DNA of 64,000 nt, from the NCBI RefSeq assembly GCF_018977255.1, contig NW_024704742.1, positions 46,254,001-46,318,000 on the forward strand, read 5' to 3'. How positions within the stretch are numbered: the stretch's first letter is position 1; every line of letters starts with the position of its first letter. The position numbers and the translations under genes were made by a program. Under the pieces are notes generated by a model. It saw nothing but the letters and a program-made list of their open reading frames with translations, ran no database searches and had not been told where the DNA came from. The stretch is from Callorhinchus milii (taxonomy: Eukaryota). Below, in pieces: positions 13,483 through 26,339 of the stretch.

Positions 13483-15399
13483 ATCTTCAGAAGCTTAAAA
13501 CACAATGCTGTCACACATGTGGGCAAAAAAGGCCTCCACATATTCTGTTGAGATCCTCTGGCAAGTGATCCTGAAGGTAAGGAGAATCATAAAATCTTAC
13601 ATCAGTTTTTCTCCATAAGAACCAGTCTAATTCCACTCTGCTGCTCACTATTTCTACCCCCTCTTTAATTTATTTTATGATTATATTAAATTTGTGTTCT
13701 TTAATAATAATTATTATAATCCTTGCATTTAATACAGGACCTTTAAAGTCATCAAGACATCTAAAAACACTACGCAGGTTACACTGGAAAGTGAGTGACT
13801 GTATTTTGCAAGCAAATGTGCCAACCATTTTGAACATAGCATTGGAGTGTCAACCAAGACTACAGGAGTTCAAAATCCTGTCATGGGGCTTGAACCCATA
13901 ACCGGTTTAAATTCTCATCTGAAAGACAGCACCTGCAACAATGCAGTGCACCTCCGGTCTGAGAAACGTATTTCCTTTGCTTGAATTGTCCAAGCAATTC
14001 CATCATTGTGGTAAGCAATTCAACCTCTCCATTATTTCTTCAAAGAGAGCTGTAAATATATGTATTTGTGTTCCCAAAATCAAGCCATATACTGAATTAA
14101 CCTTCTCAGTCTGCAGACTGGCTCAACTCTCACGTCTAACTGGAGAAGATACACGCTCCAGGTTCAGTGACACAACCCAACACTCCCTCATAGTCAAGAT
14201 AACATAAGATAGAGCCCTTACCTGTGCACTCTCCCTCCCATATTACCTTATGAATCCTGATATTAATCATTAAATAAAGAGGTCCTAGCTGCTCTCTATC
14301 TTCCCAATTACCCACAGGACCCAATATTGTCCTGGCCAAGATTCCAACCTAATCCAAGTTCATCCAACAAATTCATATTAAAATGATAATTTATTTTATT
14401 GTAAGATTAATTGCAGACTGCCTTCATGATATTGTTGTATGGTAAGTATAAGTACAATGTTTATCTATTTCCTGTTCCTCAATTTTTTCAATTGAACCAT
14501 TAATTTAGGTTTTATCTCATTTGTGATTCGGGTGGATGTTAAGGCACTCCCACACTCCATGCTGCTAGTTCAGAGATTTGAAGATTTCTCCTGCATTATA
14601 TTCCATATCCATCCAAGTTTACTCTATATTCAAAATAATTGGCTGCTCATCTCATTGTTATTTGTAGGACATTTCTGGGACAAATTAGCTGCTGTGTTCA
14701 CCTACGTAACAATATTCACTTCACTTGTAATTAATCTCATTCTATAAAGCACTTCAAGGTGATTCTTTTATGTGAGAGGTGCAATATAACTATAGGTTCT
14801 TGTGGTTGAGCCCTGCAATACTCAAACTGTGTCAGCTACAGCCCACACACTCATCCAATACTTGTCTAAGACTACTGACAAGAGAAGTTAGCTCTCTTCC
14901 CAGGAATCAGCAAAATGAATTGCAAGACCCTCCCTAAATATACCTGTAAGGAGCATGTAACCTGGATTATATCTTCTAGCCTTTAAATGATAATTAGTCA
15001 AGAAAACATACTGATTTTGGTTTCCTTTGTCTTAATGTTCTTTCTGAAGAGAATGTAGCTGTACAATGCACTACAGAGAATAAACCGTAACAAGCACACC
15101 CTCTATTTATACAGTCAAGATGAAAGAGCCAGAGAGAGAGAGAGAGAAAGAGAGCAAGCAAGAAAAAGCCATTAAAACAAATTGGTCAATTTTAATAATT
15201 TTACAAAATGAAAAAAGCAAAAGCACTTTCAGTTATGTAATTTCTGCTTTTAAATAATTAAACAGATTTTGGAAATCAGCTTGCCTCAAGCTAATGGATG
15301 GCTTAACAAGGACACTAAAAGTGTCATCCAGTTAATTAAGTAGGCACTTGAGCAGACTTGAATCGATAGTCCTTATATTGGAATGAAATGTCTTCTTTT

Positions 15400-15660
15400 C
15401 TGGTTATATTGCAAATTTGTACATATGCTTCTTCCATATGTCCTACCCCATGAACTTTAGGTTTATTTCTGGCTATTTCTATTATCGTCTTGGACCAGAG
15501 ATTCAAATCTCTGACTTGCTGATTCTTCCAGTATTGTAATACAATCTTAAAAGCAACCAACAACTCCATTAAAATATTATGTTCTGCAGAACCAGCCACC
15601 TATTATAATACCAGAAAAGCTTTTAATCCTGAAAATATCTAGGTTGAGAGGTCCTCACAA
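15400..15660 (-). mobile_element. possible ancient L1/Tx1 ORF2 C-terminal remnant
   Basis: LLVAFKIVLQYWKNQQVRDLNLWSKTIIEIAR resembles the fish L1 C-terminal ..A.K.I...WK......W......A pattern. Confidence 0.45.
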
Positions 15661-16919
15661 AATAAATATTTGTTTTGGAATAAAGACACTTGCAATATTA
15701 CAACTTGCATAATAATGATAATATTAATAATGCTATTTTTATTCATTAATTATTATTGATAATATTACAGTTGAGGGGTATCTATTCAACAAAGTACTTT
15801 TCAGGACTTACTGAAAAGTGGGGTGACTATATGTTCTAGGCCAATATGGCAGCCAATTTTTACATAGCAGTGCTCATCAAACAGTCATGAAGTGAATGAT
15901 CAATATTACATTAGAGAATATTACAGAATACAGTATATATTTATATAAACAGTATAGACTTGTTTGATATTGTGTTTATTATTAAATGTAGTGTTGCTCT
16001 CACAATGGAGCATGCAATAGCCTACCTTTCTAATCTCAAGGTCAATGTTAACATGATTTTGCCCTTAAAAACACAGATTCTTAATACCACAGAGACAAAG
16101 CTTCAAAATTAATTGATACACATTTAAAATTCTAACGTCATATCTTTCTTATGTTCAAAGTACTGTTCCATTTTTCAGGGGATGGAATGCTAAACCGAAT
16201 GCCTAAATGGTTGAATGCCTTTTAATAGAACTGTTTCATATAAAGGTAGTTATATTTACAGAATTGTCTAAATTAAAGCAGGTTTGAAGAATGATAAATA
16301 AGCAGAGTCACAACTGTAAATAACTCAAAGATGGTTGATTCTTCTTTCTTACTGTGTATGTCAGAGAATTGATTTTTCTGCCCTGTAAGAACCATGCTTC
16401 TTCATAGGCTTTTAGAAATTTCAGAGGAAAGCTCTTCACCTGCTACAGAATTTTGTTTCCTAAATACTCATACGACCAGAATGCTCACTGAGTTTTCTAC
16501 AAAGCTGAGGGGTAACTGTTCAGCAAGCAGCAGTTCATTCTACTGTATTTTGTCCATGAAGAGTATCTTAGAAAGGAAGTGAATGGAGCCAAAGACTTTG
16601 GTCGATAAATAGGAAAATACTTCAGTGGTTTACTGACTCCCTTAATCCAGTCCGGCTATAAACCAATACATTTTAAACCCACCCTGAAACACCCACTGTA
16701 CCGAGAAAGGCATTATGAATATATTTCATTTTAGGGATATAAATCCTTTAGGGTTGACTAAAGGTCCAGTGCTTTTGTTCCATTCCTGAGTGTTGAAGGA
16801 TTTGTTATTTTGGAGAGCAGTATTTCAAGGGTACTATGGGGAAGAGAGGCATAGTTATAAAAGACAAACAAAAGGATGAATCAAAATGTCACCATTTGAA
16901 AGGTCTTTCCAAAATGTTC

Positions 16920-17185
16920 CTTGTATTAAGAAGTACATGTAATTTGCATGTATCAATACCAACTCCTTTGATCTAGCATCTCTCTAGCTAGTGTTCACCT
17001 GTTCAGTAGTACATCTCCCATTACTAATAACAAATTCTGCAAAGTTAGTGTCGTCTCTGACTACATGCCATTTGTCTCTTACAATAAGATTATATCTACT
17101 CTCTCGTGGGTATATCCTATTCCTCTTCCTAAATTTATATAAGAAATAGAACTAAGCAAATAGAATCTGTGAACACATCTCCGAG
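16920..17185 (-). mobile_element. very old CR1-like RT remnant
   Basis: Broken frames DSICLVLFLI and RDDTNF resemble [11 protein letters not shown] and ADDTKL. Confidence 0.4.
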
Positions 17186-18039
17186 CACAATGAACCAGGA
17201 AAACTGAAGAGTCTCCATAATCTGCCTATTGAAAGACTTCAGCGGGTTTGGAATATGTAGATCTAAAATCAATTCCACAGCTCATCAAGTTATAGCATTA
17301 CGATGGTGACCAGAGATCACAAGTTTCAGGACTTTTCTCATAACAAGCCTCAAGCTGACTGAGTAATATTGAAACCTGATCTTTTATTTATTAAACCCAT
17401 AACTTGATCTGACCAAAAGGTGAGATTCAAAAGCCAGGCTCCTAGCCACGTGTTTGCAATTGTACGAGAACACATCCCAACCTCTTGGAAGCCAGGATAT
17501 ATACAGACAGACCATCTACGGAATATGGCCTTTTGTTAACCCTTAATAGCAGAATCAGCACAAAATCCTTCACAATGTGACAAGGCATTTAACACAACGT
17601 TCTTACTTGTCAAAGAACAATGTCTTACCATCCCTTGAAGATTGATTTTGTTTTAATTAAGAATTGGAAAGAATTTTGGTCTAACCAGCTTCCAAGACAT
17701 CACCCAGTTTTGGTCCCTGGGTATTAACAGGTCAGTTGAAAAAGTAATATTGCAACACAGTATTTAAACTTGAGAAAACGGTATTTAAACTTGAGAGAAG
17801 CCTTCAGGTTATCAATATTAGTTAGTTCTCGACTAGAGACAGATCAGTCACACTGTTAGTGCTTGATTCCTAAATACCGGGAAATGTAACAAATATTGAA
17901 GACTGTTGAATGGTCCATGGATAATATTCCTTAGCAAAGCACTTTACTGGCTTTGATGATTCAATTCAAATGTTTCTAGACAAGACAAAGATATTCCAAG
18001 AATAATGGTACTGTGAATAAAGAGGTGATGCCCACTTTG

Positions 18040-18250
18040 ACATCACTAGGAAGGTAAGGAATCAGAACAGATGGAGTGCACATAAGGGTATTTAAGGAAG
18101 TGGCCAATGAAATTGGTTATGTACTGATGATTTTCCTCAGGGACTAATTGATGCTTAAGGTTTGGAAGAGTAAAGAAATAATGCCAATTTATTAAAAAAA
18201 AAGTTGAAAAGATGAACCAGGGATCTCCAAGCTATTGCTTGTAATGTAAA
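18040..18250 (+). mobile_element. CR1-like ORF2 fragment
   Basis: DGVHIRVFKEVANEI...WK resembles CR1 DG.HPRVLKE.A.EI. Confidence 0.7.
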
Positions 18251-18329
18251 ATTGATGCTTGTTTTCCCATTAGCTCCCCAAAATATGTCCTAATTTACAT
18301 AAGTAGTGCTCAATACGTAATTTTCCCCA

Positions 18330-18812
18330 CTCACTAGGCCCCTCCACTTCCTCTCTCCCTCCCTCCCTCTTGGACTGCCATGCTTTCATCATATCTAGGA
18401 TAGACTATGCCAAAATTCTGCTTGCCAGACTGCACAACCTTTCCCTCCACAAGCTACAGCCTATTCAGAACTCTGCAGTTTGTGTCCGCTACCACACCAG
18501 TTCCACAAACCTATCACCCTCATCCTTGCCCGGCTCCACAACCCCCAGCAGATTGAGAACAAAATCCTCGTCTACACTTTTAAATTCCTCCACGGTCTTG
18601 CCTCACCCTACCTCTGTGACCTTCTAAGTCAAGCCTTGCCTCCTTTCTCCCCATCTTCAAAACCCACCTTAAGACCCAGCATATCAACTTCACCTTTGGC
18701 CTCCTCCCCACCCCCCCACCCCACCTCGCTTGGGCTTCCAGTCAGCTGTGTGAAGTGCTTTGAGACATCCTCCCATTGTGAAAGATGCTGTATAAGTGTA
18801 AGCTGCTGTTGC
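18330..18812 (+). mobile_element. older L2 3' fragment
   Basis: HAFIISRIDYA...LHKLQPIQNSA; degenerate L2 tail. Confidence 0.88.
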
Positions 18813-18871
18813 CTCTTATGTTTTAGTTGGGAATTTCAACATATTAACTTGCAATCTGTAAAAGGCTTTGT

Positions 18872-19185
18872 GGAGTCCTGTAGCTCAGTGGTTAGAGCAC
18901 TCACTTTGCAAGCGAGAGACCTGAGTTCAATTCCACGCAGAGCGAAACCTTGGGCAAGTTTCCTTACTCCACACACCTAATAATAATCCCTCCAGAACCA
19001 AAAACAGTAATAAATTGGTCATTTTCAATCTACGACTGTTTGTGGGACATTGCTGTGCGCAATTGGCTGCCGCATTCGCCCACAAATATACAGTCAATTC
19101 ACTTTACAGTGTGTTCTGTGAAGCGCTTTGGGACGTCCTCCCGACGTGAAAAGCGCTATATCAAATGCAAGGATTATTATTATTA
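18872..19185 (+). mobile_element. young tRNA-derived SINE, full length (reference copy in this window)
   Basis: tRNA-Ala(TGC)-like head with A/B boxes, CCTTGGGCAAGTT segment, Deu-like TTGTGGGACATTGCTGTGCGCAATTGGCTGCC, stem-loop tail, (TTA)n. Confidence 0.96.
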
Positions 19186-19627
19186 AAATAATTTGTAGAG
19201 GTGGAGCCATTCAAAGAAAATGGCAACTTTGTTACCTTAGCTGTCCTCAATCAGTCTTATAGCTGCTCTGGTTTTGGCTTTGTTAAACATATGTAAAACC
19301 AACTGTGACGCATCCGCACAGGGCTTATTACAGAAATCTGAGGAGAAACCGTCTGTGCCTGCTGATTTGAGCTTTGGAAGGTTTCAGATGGATTTGCTTA
19401 TTTAAAATTGCATTTGGTCAAGATTAGGTCTTTGGTTGTTATTGAGTTTGAAACAACTTCATTTATCAATAAGGAAGATCTTTCGTTTGACTTTCCTAAA
19501 CTGGTATACATAATATAACTAAGAATATAAATCCCGAAAAAAAATGAGTTTATCTTGTTCATGTCAGCAGTTAGGGCCTCAAGCAACTGTTATCAAGGGA
19601 AACTCGAACATCAGCACTATGCAAAAA

Positions 19628-20215
19628 TAACAACAAAATTGCATTTATATAGCGCCTTTCAAGTCAGGAGGATATCCCAAGCCGCTGGACAGATAGAGTT
19701 ACGGACCCGAGCTGTGGATCGGGGTGGGCTAGGGTGGAGGGCGGGGAGGGAAGCAGGGAAACCGAAAGCACAGTCGAAGAGGAAGGTCTTGAGATGGGTC
19801 TTGAAGGCGGCGAGGGAGGGGATGAGATGTAGGGACTACGGGATGGAGTTCCAGAGGGTGGGTGCAGAGTGACAGAAGGCCCGCCCGCCCACCTGCTGAG
19901 TGGAGGGAGCGAACAGGATGGTAGAGGGTTAGGAAGTCGCAGAAGTAGGGGGGGAGAAAAACCGTGGAAGGCTTTGAGGGTGAGAACCAGGATCTTGAAC
20001 TGTATCCTCTGTGTGATGGGGAAGTCAGTGGAGTTGGGCAAGGATGAGGGTGATAAGGTCGTGGAGCCTAGTGCGGGAGAGGACAATAGCTGCAGAGTTC
20101 TGGATGATCTGCAGCCTGTGGAGGAAGGAGTTGGAGAGGCCGACAAGCAGTGAGTTTGCATAGTCGAGCCTCGATGTATGTATACACCTCGTGTATGGTT
20201 TCAGCGGCCTGTGGT
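19628..20215 (-). mobile_element. L2 3' fragment
   Basis: SRLDYANSLL...LQIIQNSAA...QRIQFKILVLT.KA.HG; L2 tail. Confidence 0.92.
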
Positions 20216-20339
20216 GCAAGCTGTAAATAGTATTTATTTCTCTCCATGTTTAAAAAAAATGCCAAGGAAATACCAATAAAACAACTCTATATGGTGCATT
20301 GTAGTTCAGACCATATTTCACAAATAATGTTGGAATCTA

Positions 20340-20600
20340 GGTTTCAGCAGCAAGTGCTGCCCAATTTCATATTTACCTCTAGTCAGCTCTTCAAAATCAT
20401 TTATTTCTTTCACAGATTTTAAAGGAATTCCCATGGTACTATAAATGTACCTCTGTTTTTCTACACTAATATTACATTCCGAAGCATACTCCAAGCTAAT
20501 ACAACTGGACAGCTCCTTCTGAAGTTCCATGGAACATTATTGCTTTATTCTGTGTGAATTTTACACTGGCACAACATCTGCATCAGTTAAAATATCACCA
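20340..20600 (-). mobile_element. old CR1-like RT remnant
   Basis: ELQKELSS...NISVEK...GIPLKSVKEIND resembles CR1 LQ.DL...FNV.K...G..L..V..E.DLG. Confidence 0.5.
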
Positions 20601-20909
20601 CTATTCCTGTGAAGGGCCAAAGATTGTCAGCTTAGCCAACTCTGCTTGAATTGTTTGCAGTGTATTTTAGGGATGTCTTTCAGCACTGTTTGAAAACAGA
20701 CTATGTGGTATGTGATTGACTCTTCTGACTTTGCTTTTGAAACTGATGGTGTTGCTATTGTTTATTGCTGGGGATAAGATGAAAAAAATAGCATTCTGAC
20801 AGAATTTTCATAGAATCATAGAATATTGCAACACAGAAACAGACATTTTGGCCTATCAAGTCTTGCTATGATGTTTTTACTCCTCATAAACCACTGAATC
20901 TAATGTGAT

Positions 20910-21160
20910 CTGCTCATTCAGGTAGATGTTAAAGATCCCAGGCACTAATTGAAAAGAGAAACGAGTCCTGACTAACCATCCATCAAATGAAATTGGTCAT
21001 TTACTTTATGCCTATTCATGGGACATTGCTGTGCTCATCCTGGCTGTACATTCGCTCACAAATGACCCAGTCATCTCACAGTATGTTTACAGTATATCCT
21101 GTGAAGCACTTTGGGACATCCTTCTGATGTGAAAGGATGAAATGAAAAGATTATTATTAT
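20910..21160 (+). mobile_element. Deu-domain SINE fragment
   Basis: CAGGTAGATGTTAAAGATCCCA...GGGACATTGCTGTG...GTGAAGCACTTTGGGACATC...GATTATTATTA. Confidence 0.8.
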
Positions 21161-24100
21161 CCTACTTTCCTTCTTGATCCTCAAACCATTTAACACTTCC
21201 TTTATTTTTTCAAACAAACAATTGTATAAGGATTTCCACTTCTGATGATTCCTTTGACCATCACCCAGAAGGCAGTTTCTTTCCTGCCAAGAATACTATT
21301 ATTTAAGTCAGGTCATTTCACTATGAGTTACTGCACCAATCACTAGGGAACCAATTGACTGAATATGAATGGTCTTTCAAAGAGATTTTAAATGTGCAGA
21401 GCAATTGCAACAATGCACTTGCAGAAATAAAAGGGATCATTTTCTGCCTGGCAGCATTAAGCTTTATGCAGTTATTTATTGGTGAATGCCTTCAATTACT
21501 GCCCACATTGGAAGGCAACAGTTTCAGATAAGTGGCAGCTTCAATGGCTGCCCATGGCACACTATCAACACACTTGTGACAAGCATAGTTTAGAACCTTA
21601 ACAAGTAGGAAATGAGCTTGTTGACCTGTGTACGGATAATCATAACTGCACAATTTACCAGAGCAAAGCACCAGGAACATTTCATGTTACTTGGCCAGCC
21701 CTACCCCTCAGGACCTCAGCTTTGAGCATTCAACACATTATTCCACCTTCAAGTCACATATACAAGCCAGGGAGGCTGGTCAACCATCAACAATTTTGGG
21801 GATTTCTGTGGATTTACTGGTTTAGGCAAATGCATTTCCTCAGAATCCCAGGGAGTCGGCATTTATCTCATCAACCCCCAAAGGAGGAATTGGCCCTAAA
21901 ATACTATTCTACATAGGCACTAATCCAGATGTGCTGTTAGAAATGGCACCAATTGACAAAGAAAACATAGAAGGCATATTTTATTGAGATGAAGGTGGCT
22001 ATTAGAGTGGGTAGAGTGGGAATATCTCAGATGGGACAAACCAACCCAAAAAGCACAGTCATCAAGCAGATTTGAAAGCAGAGATGCAAGGAGCAAGGCA
22101 AAAGGATTACACAAGAGAGTTTCAGAGAGAAGGGGTAATGTGGCTGAAATCTTGCCTGTCAATGATCGGGTAGGAGAGGAGGGAATGGCCTGGAAACTGG
22201 GATCATAGATATTGTGTGATGAAAGTTCTTGGAGGCATCTGGGGGTGAAGACAAAAATTAAAACAAATAATTCAATTGAACAATGATCATGAAATAAATA
22301 AACAGAGCTAGAGAGTCTTGGGGGAGGTTATAATTAAACGTAATTCATTCTGATTGCATGGAAGTACAGGGGACTGTTCTCAGACTTCTCTTTTCAGCCC
22401 ATTGATAGAAACAAGTCACCACTCCTATAAGAAATAAGAATATCTTTAATTTTTCATACTTAAAGGTTAAAATGATTATTGAAAAGGACATTGTTGTTAA
22501 TGTATATATCCCAGCATTTAAGATGGCACAGTTTTTTATATGCTTTTATAGATCTAAGCAGAAAGAATAAAATCGATGTGAAATGCGCTGCTGGATCTTG
22601 AATTAGTATTTTGTTAAATATAAGAAATGCCTGAAAGGTGAGATTCTCAGAGACAAAGCTGGTGCACAAAATAAAGTAATGAAATGTGAGGGCTGGAAAA
22701 TAAAACTGTGTATGTGTCCAGTGACTATATCATCACTGATGCTTCTGAATATAACATGCCACCATGATCACAAACAACGTTGCAACAAATATAACTGCAT
22801 GAGCTGACCTCAGCCCAGTTGAAAGGTCCCCATGTTCTGGCAGCTTAGAGATCTAGAGCCATAGGGGACAAAGATCTAAAAAAATTCACTCACAGACCAA
22901 ATAAGTACAATTCTCTTTAATCAGGCAAGTAAAATGTCTGAGTTCCAGCAATTTCCAGTTAAATTCCCTCTTAGAGACATAAAGCATACTAGAGGGAATA
23001 TCAATAAATCCACTCGATACTCCAGTCATGCGTTCAGATTTACATTCAGATTAAATTTGTGCCGATCTCCTTGTTCGGCCACTCCTTCATTATCCTGTAA
23101 GTGGCACTTTTCCCCCAGATTCTTGGTGCTCCAAATCAGTTCTCTAAAGAGGGCTGAATATCAGCAATTCCAAATTGCCTCTAAATGTAGCACCTTGTTG
23201 TGTCTCTCATTGCAGGGAAGGACTGCCAAGCTGTGCTGTTAATATACCTTGACAGCTGCTACTGACTGTTCTATCCTTTGCTTTCTGGATTTTTCTTGTA
23301 GTTCCACAGGGACAGCAACATTTCTATCCTACAAGTTAGGTGAAAACTTGTAGGATAGAAATTCTGCTCTTCTCTCCATTTTTGCTCTTCTCTCCATTTT
23401 TGGCCACTTTTTTTGAAACAAGAATAGCCACGGTTTTACATTCCAACCAGATTTTTTCCAAGGAATGTCACCTTAAAAAAGAGTGAGCACACTTTTTAAG
23501 AGGAGCTCTTTGACTGACTTATCCTTTGCTCAATCTGCACATTACTTTTCCTTTTGGATATTGATCCATCTGGGAGCAGAAAACAGTCGCAGATGTGCAC
23601 CAGATTTTAAGATACGGCTAGAAGTCCTGAGATTCAGATGGCTTTATTCCAGTGAAATCACAAATGCCTTCACCATTTATGCCATAGCATCATATTGGAA
23701 TGGATATAAAGTGATAAGAAATAACATGATGAACACTTTCTGGCTCAGTGAGTTCACTCCATGTGCAGCTGAACCATGTAGATAAAGAATTCCCAGGTTC
23801 AATCCTGGTTGTGAGCAGAAATGACTGGGCTAATCTCAGGCTGTGCAGCAGTGAAGAAAGAATAAGCATCTTTATTTCACCTTATTATATTTGAACCATC
23901 TCAAAATCTTCACAAGTAGCTATTTTGTCAGTTGTAGTGATTGTTTTTATTAGTAAAGCACTGGCTATTTGCATTACAAACAGCGATGAGGCGAACAATC
24001 AATTTATCAGATGTTTGTTGGTTTGTTATTTGTTTCTGTCAAAATTCCATCTGAACAAACAGAGGGACTTCAACTTAATTTCTCATCTGAAAAATATTAC

Positions 24101-24619
24101 CTCCAACAACACAGCACTTGCCCAGGATTGAACTAGACTGTTAATCTAGACTATAAAATCAAGTCCTGATGTAGATTTTTGAACCATTAACTTTCTAACC
24201 AAAGGTTTTACCAACTGACACCAAAGAGGAGCTAAAAATAACCTCAGCACCCGAAGATAAAGAGATGAAAATCAGCCCTGCATCCTATTATTGGATGGAA
24301 TTGAGGGCATATGCACATTGGGTTGCAACAGCAAGTGGACTAGCAAAAAAAGTGTGATTCTTTGAAGAAAGGATCATGTTTGAGATTCTGGGGATGGAGA
24401 TCAGAATGTTGTAGATTTATGTCCCATGTTGAGACATGAACTCCCAGGCTGGCCTGAATGCCCCAACTGAGGCCTGAGCTACTAATTTAGCTACAATGTG
24501 AACATTGTGAATATGTGTTTAATTCAGACGGGAATACAATAATGACAGTGAAATGCTTTGATAGCAAACAAATCTGGCTCCATTGGTGATACTCTTACCT
24601 CTTACTTTTACCTCTGAGT

Positions 24620-24930
24620 ACATCAGGACTTTGTATCATATAGTGAATTTAATAAGGTAAACACCAATGCATGTAAGATGACACTCCAATGCAGTCCCGG
24701 GATGTGCTGCATTATTCGAGGAGACATTCTTTGGACGACGTTAAACTGAGGTCCTGTCTGCCTTTTCAAGTGGACACTAAAGATCCCATGGCACAATTTG
24801 AAAACAGAATGGAATTTTTCTCGTTTCCTGGGCAACAATTCCCCAAATAAAATTGTTTATTCACTATATAACCATTTGTGGGCCTACTCAGTCACCATAC
24901 TTTATGAAAAATCTTGTGAAGTGCTTTGTT
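24620..24930 (+). mobile_element. Deu-domain SINE fragment
   Basis: GACGTTAAACTGAGGTCCTGTCTGCC...AAAGATCCCATGGCAC. Confidence 0.85.
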
Positions 24931-25094
24931 ATGTCTCCTAATGTCCCATTATCCACATGTCAGCCTGTACATGGATGTCACAAAGCCATTCAACAATGGG
25001 CTGAGCTTGTTTGTGTTCTTAACCAATATCCACATCACATAATTTAAAAGAGGAATCATTTGACAGTGATCAGGAATTGAAATCTTGATATTAT

Positions 25095-25272
25095 CCATCC
25101 TTGCCTCCTTCAAGACCCATCTCAAGACCCACTCTTCGACCGTGCTTTCGATCACCCTGCTTCCCCTCCTGCCCTCCACCCTCCCCGATCCCGACCCCCA
25201 GATCAGGTCCGAAACTCTAACTTTCCAGCGCCTTAGGACGTCCTCTTGACGTGAAAGGGGCTATACAAATGT
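25095..25272 (+). mobile_element. L2 3'-end fragment
   Basis: TCCTTCAAGACCCATCTCAAGACC...GGACGTCCTCTTGACGTGAAAGG. Confidence 0.9.
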
Positions 25273-25685
25273 TGAAGTCTGAAGACTTAGCCCAGTAGCA
25301 CCAAGGATAATTGAAGCATGCATATTGCATTCCTGGCTTGAGATTAGTCAGATAAACACAAACCTGAATTAAGCCTCGTACCTGACTAGGTTAGCCTTCA
25401 AGATTTAGTTCCATGCTGGCTTTAGTAACTGAGCCTACTGCAAATTCATTTGAAGCCACGGCAGGAACACACATGCAAGAAGCTAAAGGTTAATTAGGCA
25501 GCTTAGCTACTCTCAAATGGGATACCTGTTTATTTTGGGTTGCTTACTAGCAGCAATGATGAAAATGTGGTTGGGAACAATCCTGTGACCCGACATTCGG
25601 ACATGACAGTGATTGTTAAGATATTTGTGGGCAGAACTCTCACACACCCTCAGCTAAGGAAAGCGGCATAAATGCTAGAAAATAA

Positions 25686-26339
25686 ATAACAACAACAAAA
25701 TTGCATTTATAGAGCGCCTTTCACGTCGGGAAGATGTCTCAAAGTGCTGAACAATCAGGTGTCGGGGCCCAAGTATGGGGGAGGGGTGGTGCAGGGATGA
25801 GGGAAGGCAGAGAGGTGGGAGGGAGACCAAAGGCATGGTTGAGGAGAAGGATCTTGAGACCGGCCTTGAAGGAGACAAGGGAGGAAGCGAGGCGAAGGGA
25901 CCGTGGGATGGAGTTCCAGAGTATGGGGGCAGAGAGGCTGAAAGCCCGGCCACCGATGGTAGAGTGGGTCGGAGCCCGATGAATGGAGGGAGCGGGCAGG
26001 TTGGTAGGGAGTCAGCAGGTCAGAAAGGTAGGAGGGGGCAAGGCCATGGATGGCCTTAAAGGTGAGGACGAGGATCTTGAACTCGATCCTCTGGGGGATG
26101 GGGAGCCAGTGGAGTCGGGCGAGGTTGGGAGTGATGGAGTCGGGGAGCCTGGTGCGTGAGAGTACACAAGTTGCAGAGTTTTGGATGATCTGCAGCTTGT
26201 GAAGGGAAGAGTTGGGAAGGCCGATGAGGAGGGAGTTCCCATAATCAAGCCTTGAGGTGACGAATGTGTGGGTGAAAGTTTCGGCAGCCTGAGGGGTGAG
26301 GAAGTGGTGGAGTCTGGCAATGTTGCGCATGTGGTGGTA
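25686..26339 (-). mobile_element. L2 3' fragment (same subfamily as 4812-6283)
   Basis: ORF 25755-26330 RNIARL...SRLDYGN...LHWLP; 3' UTR GCCCCGACACCTGA; tail. Confidence 0.95.

Noticed and set aside
7211..17796. Short tandem duplications (27 bp at 7211, 21 bp at 17760) and a GA microsatellite near 15131
   Set aside because: Ordinary slippage products with no sign of function.
18872..18945. tRNA-Ala-like sequence as a real tRNA gene
   Set aside because: The acceptor stem is not complementary, and the sequence continues into the SINE body in every copy.
8889..19186. Recurrent small ORF MGKFPYSTRLII...NWSFSI.DCLWDIAVRNWL as a multicopy peptide family
   Set aside because: It is the translation of the young SINE with a non-ATG start; the similarity reflects DNA repeat identity.
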